Below are positions 1 through 8,470 of a stretch of 64,000 bases of DNA, one piece after another (the stretch's first letter is position 1; every line of letters starts with the position of its first letter). Origin of the DNA: Candidatus Aminicenantes bacterium (GTDB lineage: Bacteria; Acidobacteriota; Aminicenantia; UBA2199); contig WVZO01000485.1 of the NCBI GenBank assembly GCA_011772425.1, positions 40,514-104,513 on the forward strand, written 5' to 3'. Under the pieces are notes generated by a model that did not search any database, was not told the origin of the DNA, and was given only the letters and a program-made list of their open reading frames with translations. A program made the translations under genes and the position numbers.

Positions 1-292
1 TCCCGAAGTAAAGATTCCAGGATTACAATTAAAACCCTATGCCTATGAAGGCTATACATCGATGTTTGATCTGACTTTATTTGGAAATGAAACAAACCAT
101 CGATTGAATTTCTTATTCCAATACAATATAACATTATTTAAAGAGGAAACCATCAGGCGATTTGGCAATTATTTCCAGGAGATCGTATCGTCTATATTGG
201 AGAATAAAGAGGTTGAATTGGCGGACATCAAATTATCCCATGACTTTATCGCTTCAACTTCAAAGAAACCCACCATCGAGTTTTCATTTTAA
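1..292 (+). CDS. g0 (5'-truncated): 3' end of an NRPS gene, i.e. the end of a condensation (C) domain plus a C-terminal tail
   Basis: Frame 2 is open from nt 2 (PEVKIPGLQLKPYAYEGYTSMFDL...). This matches the C-terminal part of the complete C domains elsewhere in the window (compare IPGLTFKPYEFENSTSKFDL in g4). Stop TAA at 290-292. The 5' end lies outside the window. Confidence 0.85.
   Translation, partial: PEVKIPGLQLKPYAYEGYTSMFDLTLFGNETNHRLNFLFQYNITLFKEETIRRFGNYFQEIVSSILENKEVELADIKLSHDFIASTSKKPTIEFSF
272..289 (+). other. C-terminal tail of g0: TIEFSF
   Basis: Last 6 codons before TAA at 290-292. Confidence 0.6.
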
Positions 293-322
293 AATAGCAA
301 GAAATAAAAAGGTTGAAATCAA

Positions 323-1070
323 ATGAAAAGTTTAAGATATTCGGAAAAGTTAAGAATTGCCGCGGACCACAATGTTAAAGAAAGAGATTATTGGTTGAAT
401 AAGCTGCAGGGTGAATTACCCCGAAGCAATTTCACCTATGACAAAAAATCAATAGAAGAATATGGTACCCAATACCACATGGATGAAATGGGATTTAAAT
501 TACCGGCAGCGCTCCAGGCGGGATTAATACGGCTGTGTAATCATTCTGATGAGGCACTCCATGTTATTTTATTAGCGGGATTGGTGATACTGCTTCATAA
601 ATATACGGATAATAATGATATCCTGCTGGCCACACCGATTTATAGAGAAGATGGCGACGGTGATTTCATAAATACCGTAATAATCATTCGAAGCCGGATC
701 ACAGTTGACATTACATTTAAAGAATTATTGCTCCAGGTAAAACAAGAGGTGACCGCAGCCAATGAAAACGCCAATTATCCCGTTGAAATATTATTCGAAC
801 AATTGGGAATGAAATCTTCCATAGAAGACGAATTTCCCCCGGACAATATTATTTTACTTGAAAATATCCATGATGAAGCATATATCCGCTATATGAATTT
901 TAACACTATTTTTTATTTTTCTAGGAATAATGAAGATATCCGGGGAGTATTGGAATATAATGTCTTATTGTACAACCAGGCCGCAGTAGAAAAAATTATC
1001 GCTCATTTCATTAATTTATTACAGGAGGCCGTCTCTTATGTAGAAATGATGGTTTCCGAGATTGGCGTAC
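323..1070 (+). other. C-half: C-terminal subdomain of a C domain at the N-terminus of g1 (no HHxxxDG lobe)
   Basis: About 250 aa lie before the A-domain leader LLFDFNDTESDYP, against ~440 aa for the complete C domains in g4. The region aligns from the ..EYWLN.F.G..P.L.LP.DYPRP.. helix onward. Confidence 0.8.
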
Positions 1071-4000
1071 TATCGCAAAGTGAAAAAAAGCAGCTCTTAT
1101 TTGATTTCAACGATACCGAAAGCGATTACCCGGGAGATAAGTGCGTCCATAATTTGTTCGAGGAGCAGGTAGAAAAAACTCCAGCCAATGCAGCAGTCGT
1201 GTATAAAGACAAGCAAATAACCTATCAGGAGTTGAATGAAAAGGCAAATCAATTGGTGAGAATTTTGAAAGAAAGAGGGGTTGAAGCAGAGAGTATTGTC
1301 GGCTTAATGGTTTTCCGCTCATTGGAAACGATAATAGGTATATTGGGCATATTAAAAGCAGGCGGTGCATATTTACCATTAGATCCCGGCTATCCAATGG
1401 AAAGGAAAAAGTATATGCTTTTGGACAGCGGTACGGAATTGGTACTCACCCAGGGACGGTTTGTCGATACGGTGGATGGTATATGTGAAGTCATTGAAAT
1501 AGACGATTCAAATTTATATTCCGGTGAGACAAAGAATTTAGAAAAGTTAAATAACTCAAAGAATTTCGCTTATGTAATATACACATCCGGTTCCACCGGA
1601 AAACCCAAAGGAGTTATAGTCGAGCACTCTCCCGTGGTTAATTTATTGACGGCATTATTTGAGGAATACGGATTTACTCGATATGACAGTTATTTACTTA
1701 AGACTTCTTACCAGTTTGATGTGTCTGTAACCGAGTTGTTTGGATGGTTTTTGGGAGGAGGCAAATTAATCGTATTGGAGCAGGAGAATGAGAAAGAGCC
1801 TCAAAAGATATTGAATGCAATTAAAGATCATAGGATAACTCATATAAATTTTGTTCCTTCTATGTTTAATGCATTTGTAGATTCCCTTAAGGATGAAAAC
1901 ATCAGTCAATTAGAACCGTTGAAATATATATTCCTGGCAGGAGAAGCTATCCTGCCGGAAATGATCAATAAATTCAGGCGGAAAGATAATCAAGTGATAA
2001 TAGAAAATTTGTATGGCCCCACAGAGGCAGCGGTCTACGCAAGCCGATTTCCATTGTCCGGTTGGAACGGTACAGGTAGTATATCCATTGGAAAGCCTTT
2101 AAAAAATGTTAAACTCTATGTTTTAAATAAGCACAAAAATTTGCAGCCAGTAGGGATAACTGGCGAATTATGTATTTCCGGGGCAGGATTAGCAAGGGGA
2201 TACCTGAACAAGCCCGAATTGACAGGAGAAAAATTTATAAGAAATCCTTTTTTTGAAGGGGAAAAATTATACAAAACCGGGGACCTTGCCCGCTGGTTTC
2301 AAGATGGCAGCCTGGAATTCCTGGGCAGGGTAGACCAACAGGTGAAAATAAGGGGATACCGTATAGAACCCGGTGAGATAGAAAGCATATTAATGGAGCA
2401 TGAGGAGATCAAAGAGGCATTGGTCAAAACCGGTGAAGATAAGCAGGGCGATTCATATCTTTGTGCGTATTTTGTCAGCCGGCAGCACTTTTCCATAGAT
2501 ATATTAAGGGAATACCTGGCAAAGAATCTGCCAGACTATATGATACCCGCTTATTTTATGCGGTTGGATAAGATACCCTTATCCCCTAACGGCAAAATCG
2601 ATAGGAAAGCGTTACCGGTTCCCAATCAAGAGCACCTGAACCGTGACCTGGAGTATGTGGGGCCCGGGAGCCCGGTAGAGGAAGCATTGGTCAACACATG
2701 GCAGCGAGTATTTGGACGCAGTCCCGTCGGTATCACAGAAAACTTTTTTATGATTGGCGGAGATTCCATCAAAGCGATTCAAATTGCTTCCCGCCTGAAT
2801 AAAATGGGATTACAATTGGAAGTGGAGCATATTTTACAGTACCCTACCATATTGCAATCGGCGCCCCAGGTGAAAAAAGTTGAGCGAATGGCATCGCAGT
2901 TGCTAATTACCGGGGAAGTTCTCCTAACCCCCATCCAGGTATGGTTCCTGGATTTTCACCACATCGCCCCCCATTATTATAACCAGGCAGTCATGCTCTA
3001 TTCAAAGGAAGGATTTAACCCGGAAGGAATCCGGGCTGTATTTCTCAAAATCTATGAGCATCACGATGCGCTGCGAATGACGTTTCAACAAAGGGATGGC
3101 GCATTTATTCAAGTAAACATGGGATTGGACCATCTGCTGGCCTTACAGGCATTTGACCTGCGGGATGTACCCCTTGCGCAGGCAGCAGCGGAAGTTGAAG
3201 CCAGGACCAATGAAATACAAGGCAGTATTGACCTGGAAAACGGTCCGCTCATGAAATTGGCTTTGTTTCACCTGGCCGATGGCGACCGTCTGTTGATAGT
3301 CATTCATCACCTGGTCATGGATGGAATATCCTGGCGAATATTGTTTGAAGATATCGACACATTATACCGGCAGTACCGGGAGGGCGGGCAATTGGTATTA
3401 CCATCCAAAACCGATTCCTTCCAGCGGTGGTCGGAACGGTTGGTTGAATACGCCAATTCAAATGAATTTTTAAAAGAGAAAGATTATTGGGCAAAGTGGG
3501 AAACACTCCCAATACCGGTAATAGAGACGGATCATGCAGAAAAAGAAAATTATTTTAAAGATTCCCGGGGCCTCTCATTCGAGTTGAATGAAGAATCAAC
3601 CGGGCACCTGTTAAAGGGCATTAACCAGGCATTTGGCACGGAAATAAAGGATATATTATTGACAGCACTGGGATTAAGCATTAAAAAATCCTTTGGCTGT
3701 CACCGCCTGTTATTGTCCCTGGAAAATCACGGCCGCGAAAAGATTATAAAGGATATCGACATAAGTAAAACCGTTGGCTGGTTTACCACTGTATACCCGC
3801 TGGTACTGGATATCGATTATGAAGATGATTTAGCTCGGCAAATCAAAGAGGTAAAGGAGCAATTACACCAGGTTCCCAATAATGGAATCGGTTATGGGAT
3901 TTTAAAATATTTAACCCGGACGGAAAACAAAAAAGATATGCATTTTCAATTGAGGCCGCAAATTATATTTAACTATTTGGGCCAGTTTTCTACGGATATT

Positions 4001-5710
4001 AAGAATATGTCCTTCTTCAGTATTGCAAAAGAATCACCTGGAAACCCTAGTAGCCCGGATGAGAAAAGATACTATGATTTGAGCATCAATGCCTTAATCA
4101 GAAGCGGTAGTTTGAGAGTATCCATTAACTTTAGCAGGAAACAATATAAACCTGGAACGATAAAAAAATTCTTAAATAATTACCAGGAGCAATTAAACCG
4201 TGTCATTTCTTTTTGTGCCGGCCGCCAAAAGAGGGAACTTACTCCCAGTGATTTAACCTATAAAGAGCTGTCTATAGAGACTGTTGATCGATTAAACCAG
4301 CAATATTTAATAGAAGATATCTATATTTTATCTCCAATGCAAGAGGGAATACTGTTTTTTGTATTATATAATAAAAACACCACTGCATATTTTGAACAGT
4401 TATCCTGTCGGATTCATGGAAAGTTAGATATATCCATCGTTAAAAAGTGTCTAAGTGATCTGGTGGGTCGATATGAAATATTGCGGACGGTATTTATTCA
4501 TGAAAACCTTAAACGTCCAGTGCAAATCGTTTTAAAAGAACGGGGCGTAGATTTCCATTATGAGGATGTTCGGGAAATGACCGGAGGTGATAGAGAGAGA
4601 TATATAATGAATTTTAAAGAGAGAGATAGACAGCGTTCATTTGATTTGACTAAAGATGTACTCATGCGTTTGACGATCCTGCGGGTAGATGAAGATGAGT
4701 ATGAGTTTGTATGGAGTTTTCATCATATATTGATGGATGGTTGGTGTACAGCGGTAGTGGTCTCAGACTTTTTTAGGATTTATATTAATTATCGGCAAAA
4801 TGGAGAGTATCAACTACCAGGGGTTAAACCATACCGGGATTATATACGATGGTTAGAAAAAAAAGATAAGGAGAAATCGAAACGCTATTGGAGAAAATAT
4901 CTGGAAAATTATAAATATCCCACGACCCTTCCCAAAAAGAAAACCATTAAAACTGCGGGGAAAGAATATATAAATGGACAGATTTCTGCTGCCCTGGATC
5001 AAGAAACAACAGGAAGTCTTAAAAAAATGGCAGGAATAAACCAGGTAACCTTGAATACGATTATGCAGGTTGCCTGGGGAATATTACTGGCAAAGTATAA
5101 TAATAAACGGGATGTTGTGTTTGGGGCAGTGGTTTCGGGTCGTCCAGCTGAAATAGAAGGTATAGAATCGATGGTAGGATTATTTATCAATACCATTCCG
5201 GTTCGAATTCGCTGTGGAGAAAATACGGGATTTATCGATATGTTGAAGTCAGCCCAGGAAGCAGTTATTGATAGTGAATCCCATTGCTATTATCCGTTAG
5301 CGGAAATACAAGCCAATACTTTATTGAAACGAAAATTATTAGACCATATCCTGGTATTCCAAAATTACCCGGTTTCCGCGCAGATAGATGGAATCATGGA
5401 TATAAGGAATAATGAAGATCAACAACAAGCAACTTTTAAATTATCCCGGGTGGAAGCTTTCGAACACAGCAATTATGATCTCATGGTGACATTCTTCCTG
5501 GATGAAAACCTGTTAAAAATAAGATTTGACTATAATATCAATACTTACGATAAAGAAAAATTAAAAAAAGTATTGAGTCATTACATTGATATCCTGGACC
5601 AGGTTAGTGAAAAACCGGGTATGAGGATAAAGGATATTTTTATAGAGAATCGATTGTTAAAAGTGGAATCAAAAGTTTTTGTTGATGAGCAAAGTGATTT
5701 TGGGTTTTAG
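323..5710 (+). CDS. g1 NRPS, domain order C-half / A / T / E / C / tail
   Basis: 1795-aa ORF. The N-terminus holds only the C-terminal half of a C domain (starts ..KERDYWLNKLQGEL.., no HHxxxDG). A cores: LKAGGAYLPLDP, YVIYTSGSTGKPKG, NLYGPTE, GELCISGAGLARGY, YKTGD, GRVDQQVKIRGYRIE, PNGKIDRKAL. T: GGDS at 2756-2767. E: HHLVMDG at 3305-3325 and FNYLGQF at ~3968-3990. C: SPMQEGILFF and HHILMDGW at 4721-4744. Ends ..VDEQSDFGF. Confidence 0.95.
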   Translation: MKSLRYSEKLRIAADHNVKERDYWLNKLQGELPRSNFTYDKKSIEEYGTQYHMDEMGFKLPAALQAGLIRLCNHSDEALHVILLAGLVILLHKYTDNNDILLATPIYREDGDGDFINTVIIIRSRITVDITFKELLLQVKQEVTAANENANYPVEILFEQLGMKSSIEDEFPPDNIILLENIHDEAYIRYMNFNTIFYFSRNNEDIRGVLEYNVLLYNQAAVEKIIAHFINLLQEAVSYVEMMVSEIGVLSQSEKKQLLFDFNDTESDYPGDKCVHNLFEEQVEKTPANAAVVYKDKQITYQELNEKANQLVRILKERGVEAESIVGLMVFRSLETIIGILGILKAGGAYLPLDPGYPMERKKYMLLDSGTELVLTQGRFVDTVDGICEVIEIDDSNLYSGETKNLEKLNNSKNFAYVIYTSGSTGKPKGVIVEHSPVVNLLTALFEEYGFTRYDSYLLKTSYQFDVSVTELFGWFLGGGKLIVLEQENEKEPQKILNAIKDHRITHINFVPSMFNAFVDSLKDENISQLEPLKYIFLAGEAILPEMINKFRRKDNQVIIENLYGPTEAAVYASRFPLSGWNGTGSISIGKPLKNVKLYVLNKHKNLQPVGITGELCISGAGLARGYLNKPELTGEKFIRNPFFEGEKLYKTGDLARWFQDGSLEFLGRVDQQVKIRGYRIEPGEIESILMEHEEIKEALVKTGEDKQGDSYLCAYFVSRQHFSIDILREYLAKNLPDYMIPAYFMRLDKIPLSPNGKIDRKALPVPNQEHLNRDLEYVGPGSPVEEALVNTWQRVFGRSPVGITENFFMIGGDSIKAIQIASRLNKMGLQLEVEHILQYPTILQSAPQVKKVERMASQLLITGEVLLTPIQVWFLDFHHIAPHYYNQAVMLYSKEGFNPEGIRAVFLKIYEHHDALRMTFQQRDGAFIQVNMGLDHLLALQAFDLRDVPLAQAAAEVEARTNEIQGSIDLENGPLMKLALFHLADGDRLLIVIHHLVMDGISWRILFEDIDTLYRQYREGGQLVLPSKTDSFQRWSERLVEYANSNEFLKEKDYWAKWETLPIPVIETDHAEKENYFKDSRGLSFELNEESTGHLLKGINQAFGTEIKDILLTALGLSIKKSFGCHRLLLSLENHGREKIIKDIDISKTVGWFTTVYPLVLDIDYEDDLARQIKEVKEQLHQVPNNGIGYGILKYLTRTENKKDMHFQLRPQIIFNYLGQFSTDIKNMSFFSIAKESPGNPSSPDEKRYYDLSINALIRSGSLRVSINFSRKQYKPGTIKKFLNNYQEQLNRVISFCAGRQKRELTPSDLTYKELSIETVDRLNQQYLIEDIYILSPMQEGILFFVLYNKNTTAYFEQLSCRIHGKLDISIVKKCLSDLVGRYEILRTVFIHENLKRPVQIVLKERGVDFHYEDVREMTGGDRERYIMNFKERDRQRSFDLTKDVLMRLTILRVDEDEYEFVWSFHHILMDGWCTAVVVSDFFRIYINYRQNGEYQLPGVKPYRDYIRWLEKKDKEKSKRYWRKYLENYKYPTTLPKKKTIKTAGKEYINGQISAALDQETTGSLKKMAGINQVTLNTIMQVAWGILLAKYNNKRDVVFGAVVSGRPAEIEGIESMVGLFINTIPVRIRCGENTGFIDMLKSAQEAVIDSESHCYYPLAEIQANTLLKRKLLDHILVFQNYPVSAQIDGIMDIRNNEDQQQATFKLSRVEAFEHSNYDLMVTFFLDENLLKIRFDYNINTYDKEKLKKVLSHYIDILDQVSEKPGMRIKDIFIENRLLKVESKVFVDEQSDFGF
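1110..2620 (+). other. g1 A domain; hand-derived 10-residue code DVTNFALVYK (no signature I recognise)
   Basis: Code read by aligning FDVSVTE.., ..ITHINFVPS.., ..IFLAGE.., NLYGPTEAAVYAS and NGK to GrsA-PheA positions 235/236/239/278/299/301/322/330/331/517. Confidence 0.6.
2900..4230 (+). other. Epimerization (E) domain of g1, motifs intact
   Basis: LTPIQVWFL.., HHLVMDGISW (3305-3325 for HHLVMDG), FNYLGQF. Confidence 0.85.
5681..5707 (+). other. C-terminal tail of g1: VDEQSDFGF
   Basis: Last 9 codons before the stop. An acidic run followed by DFGF. Confidence 0.7.
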
Positions 5711-5786
5711 TGAAAAAAATAGGCCCCGGGAATTCTTTAGAGGGCTGTCTGAGGAACGCGGCGAACAATTTTAACGTTATATTTTA

Positions 5787-5793
5787 AAGGAGG
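5787..5793 (+). promoter_or_regulatory. Shine-Dalgarno site of g2
   Basis: AAGGAGG, 6 nt before ATG 5800. Confidence 0.8.
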
Positions 5794-5799
5794 CATCAA

Positions 5800-7707
5800 A
5801 TGGCACAAAAAAAAAGGTTATGTACCTGTGGTAAGTCAAAGGATGGTCCCTATTGCGATCATACCCATGAACATAAGCATGAACCGGTGGAAACCGAAAC
5901 CCCCGTGGTGAAACGAAAGATTTGTACATGTGGAAAGAGCCGTACCCCACCCTACTGCGATCATTCACATAGTAATGAATGTAAAGAAGTTTTGTCAGCC
6001 ACATCATCGGAGATATCCGCCATCCCGGGTAAAATTCTCCTGCTCATGCCCCCCTATTGGGACCCCCTGATCCCCCCGCAGGGCATCGCGCACCTTAAGC
6101 ATTATTTGCAGCACCACGGCTGTAATGTAAAAACAGAAGACGCCAATACAAGAGAAGAATTCAAAGCGTTTAACAATAAATATTTTGCCCTATTAAAACA
6201 ATTTATCCCCGAACATAAGCAAGGGAACTTTCTTAATATCGGCCAGGATGTGATGCGAAATCATATACTGGCCCACATCAACTATGTGAATGAAAGAGAG
6301 TATCTCGAGCTGGTAAAAAAGATCGTGTATGAAACGTATTTTACGTCTCTTAGTGATGAGCAGGCCAGGGAACTCAAAAAATTAATGGATGATTTTTTGT
6401 TATTGATGCGAAATTATATGCTGCATTTATTCATAACGGAAAAGCCCGATGTTTTGGGGTTAACCGTGCTTAGGGATACCATAGGACCGGCTTTATATGC
6501 CTTCAGGTTTACCAAAGAAAAGTATCCCTTTATCATGACCGTAATGGGAGGTAGTATATTTTCCGATCACCTGCTCCCCGGAACCCCGAATTTTGAACAT
6601 TTTTTAGAGAAGACCCCCTTTATCGACAAGATCATAATCGGGGAAGGCCAGGAATTGTTTTTAAAGTTATTACAGGGCCGGCTGCCGGAATCCCAGCGAG
6701 TATTTACCTTAGAAGATAACGACGGTAAGATATTAAGCTATACGCCATTGAATTTCCCGGACCTGACGGATTTTGACCTGGACGAGGATTATCCTTACCT
6801 GGCGGCGCAGGTATCTTTTAGTTGTCCACACCAGTGCAGTTTTTGCAACGTGGTCTCTTATTTTGGAAAATACAGGTCCAAGGGGGCAACGCAGGCAGTG
6901 AACGAGATGCTGGTACAGCATATGAAATACGGATCGCAATTGTTTTTTATGAACGATTCCCTGCTCAACGAAGCCGCAACCGGTCTTTCGCAAGAGTTGT
7001 TAAAATACCCCACAGTGTTATACTGGGATGGTTATTTAAGGGTAGACGGTGCGGTATGCGACCCCGACGTTACCCTGCTCTGGAGGCGGGCCGGGTTTTA
7101 CCGGGCACGGCTGGGAATCGAAAGCGGTTCGCAGCGCGTACTGGACCTGATTCATAAAGGCATAACAGTGGATCAAATAAAAACGGCATTAATCTCCCTC
7201 GCCAATGCCGGGATAAAAACCACCGCCTATTGGGTTATCGGACACCCCGGGGAAACCGAAGAGGATTTTTTACAAACGTTAGAACTCCTGGGGGAAATCA
7301 AAAATTATATTTATGAAGCCGAATGCAACGCCTTTATCTATGGCTTTAGCGGGCAGGGGAATTCCGAAGAATGGAAAAATAAGCGAAAACTGCTCTATCC
7401 CGAAGAAGCAAAAGATATGCTGATCGTGCAATCATGGATCGTCGATACGGAACCTTCCAGGGCAGAAACCTATGAACGGACCAACCGGTTCGTTAAACGC
7501 TGCAAAGAGTTGGGTATTCCCAACCCCTATTCATTGTACGATATTCATAAAGCAGATGAACGATGGAGGAAACTCCACAAAAATGCGGTCCCCCCACTGG
7601 CATATTTCAAAAAGCAGGACGCTTATATTGATGAGTGTCGAAATGTAAAGAAAGTCATACAAATACAAACCAATCTCCAGGATGACGGGGATTTTGGTTT
7701 TCAATAA
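5800..7707 (+). CDS. g2 stand-alone enzyme: 2 x CDGSH-type Fe-S motif / B12-binding-like domain / radical SAM domain / acidic tail
   Basis: 635-aa ORF with AAGGAGG 6 nt upstream. CTCGKSKDGPYCDHTH at 5821-5868 and CTCGKSRTPPYCDHSH at 5923-5970. Rossmann-like KILLLMPPYWDPLIPPQGIAHL..PDVLGLTV..MGGSIF..KIIIGEGQELF. rSAM cluster motif CPHQCSFC at 6823-6846, then ..RLGIESGSQRVL... Ends ..LQDDGDFGFQ. Confidence 0.9.
   Translation: MAQKKRLCTCGKSKDGPYCDHTHEHKHEPVETETPVVKRKICTCGKSRTPPYCDHSHSNECKEVLSATSSEISAIPGKILLLMPPYWDPLIPPQGIAHLKHYLQHHGCNVKTEDANTREEFKAFNNKYFALLKQFIPEHKQGNFLNIGQDVMRNHILAHINYVNEREYLELVKKIVYETYFTSLSDEQARELKKLMDDFLLLMRNYMLHLFITEKPDVLGLTVLRDTIGPALYAFRFTKEKYPFIMTVMGGSIFSDHLLPGTPNFEHFLEKTPFIDKIIIGEGQELFLKLLQGRLPESQRVFTLEDNDGKILSYTPLNFPDLTDFDLDEDYPYLAAQVSFSCPHQCSFCNVVSYFGKYRSKGATQAVNEMLVQHMKYGSQLFFMNDSLLNEAATGLSQELLKYPTVLYWDGYLRVDGAVCDPDVTLLWRRAGFYRARLGIESGSQRVLDLIHKGITVDQIKTALISLANAGIKTTAYWVIGHPGETEEDFLQTLELLGEIKNYIYEAECNAFIYGFSGQGNSEEWKNKRKLLYPEEAKDMLIVQSWIVDTEPSRAETYERTNRFVKRCKELGIPNPYSLYDIHKADERWRKLHKNAVPPLAYFKKQDAYIDECRNVKKVIQIQTNLQDDGDFGFQ
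5821..5868 (+). other. CDGSH-type [2Fe-2S] motif, copy 1 (variant CDHTH)
   Basis: C-T-C-GKSKDGPY-C-DHT-H shows the exact C-x-C-x8-C-x3-H ligand spacing, plus the conserved Ser and Pro of the CDGSH signature. Gly is replaced by His. Confidence 0.7.
5923..5970 (+). other. CDGSH-type [2Fe-2S] motif, copy 2 (variant CDHSH)
   Basis: C-T-C-GKSRTPPY-C-DHS-H, with the same spacing, 34 aa after copy 1. Confidence 0.7.
7675..7704 (+). other. C-terminal tail of g2 (free rSAM): LQDDGDFGFQ
   Basis: Last 10 codons before the stop. The same DFGF core as g1 and g6. Confidence 0.7.
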
Positions 7708-7708
7708 C

Positions 7709-7715
7709 GAGGTGA
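7709..7715 (+). promoter_or_regulatory. Shine-Dalgarno site for the proposed GTG 7721 start of g3
   Basis: GAGGTGA, 5 nt (8 nt from the GAGG core) before GTG 7721 and just after the g2 stop. Confidence 0.6.
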
Positions 7716-7720
7716 TAGCC

Positions 7721-8470
7721 GTGGAATACATAAAAACGCCCGAAGCAGCAGCCATTGCTGCCAATCAATCATTAAAAGAAAGAAAGTATTGGCAGGAAAG
7801 ATTATCCGGTCAATTGGTAAAAACCGCTTTTCCCACAGACTATAAAAAACCCGGAAAAAAAGGCCGGGAATCACTTCATTTTACCCTTACCGGCGAACTA
7901 TTTTCAAATTTAATGAAATTAAGAAACGGCAGTGATCATCGAATGTTGATGATTTTTGCGGCCGGATTGGTGGCATTGCTGGGGAAATATACGGGGAATA
8001 AAGATATTCTTTTAGGCATACCTGTGGATCGGCAGTCGATTGAAGGTGAGTTTATCAATCGAGCATTGGTATTGAGGAATGTCATTGAAGACACTATGAC
8101 CTTCAGAGAATTGCTATTGCAAGTAAGACAGACCGTTGTCGAGGCAATTGAAAATCAAAATTATCCCATTGAAATCCTATTGGATGACCTGGGATTCGAA
8201 GTTGCCGGCAGTGAAGAGGGATTTCCACTATTTGATATTGCCGTGGTGATTGAGAATATTCATGACAAATCATATATTCAACACATTAATATGAGTATGG
8301 TATTCTTTTTTTCAAGGACAGAACAATGTGTGAAGGGTGTACTGGAATTTGATTCGTCATTGTACAAACATACAACGATAGAGCGGATCGTTGACCATTT
8401 TACTCATTTACTAAAACAAGTGCTTGCAAACGTCCATTGCCAGATATCCGATGTAGACATTCTTTCAGAG
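7721..8470 (+). other. C-half at the N-terminus of g3
   Basis: ..AAIAANQSLKERKYWQERLSGQL.. through ..ILSEEEKEQVLFDFNHT. Same length and layout as the g1 C-half, with no His motif. Confidence 0.8.

Noticed and set aside
7682-7720. ATG 7682 as the start of g3, as given in the ORF track
   Set aside because: It lies inside g2 and adds 13 residues with no similarity to the other C-half N-termini. GTG 7721 follows the g2 stop and has a GAGGTGA site. The upstream start cannot be fully excluded.
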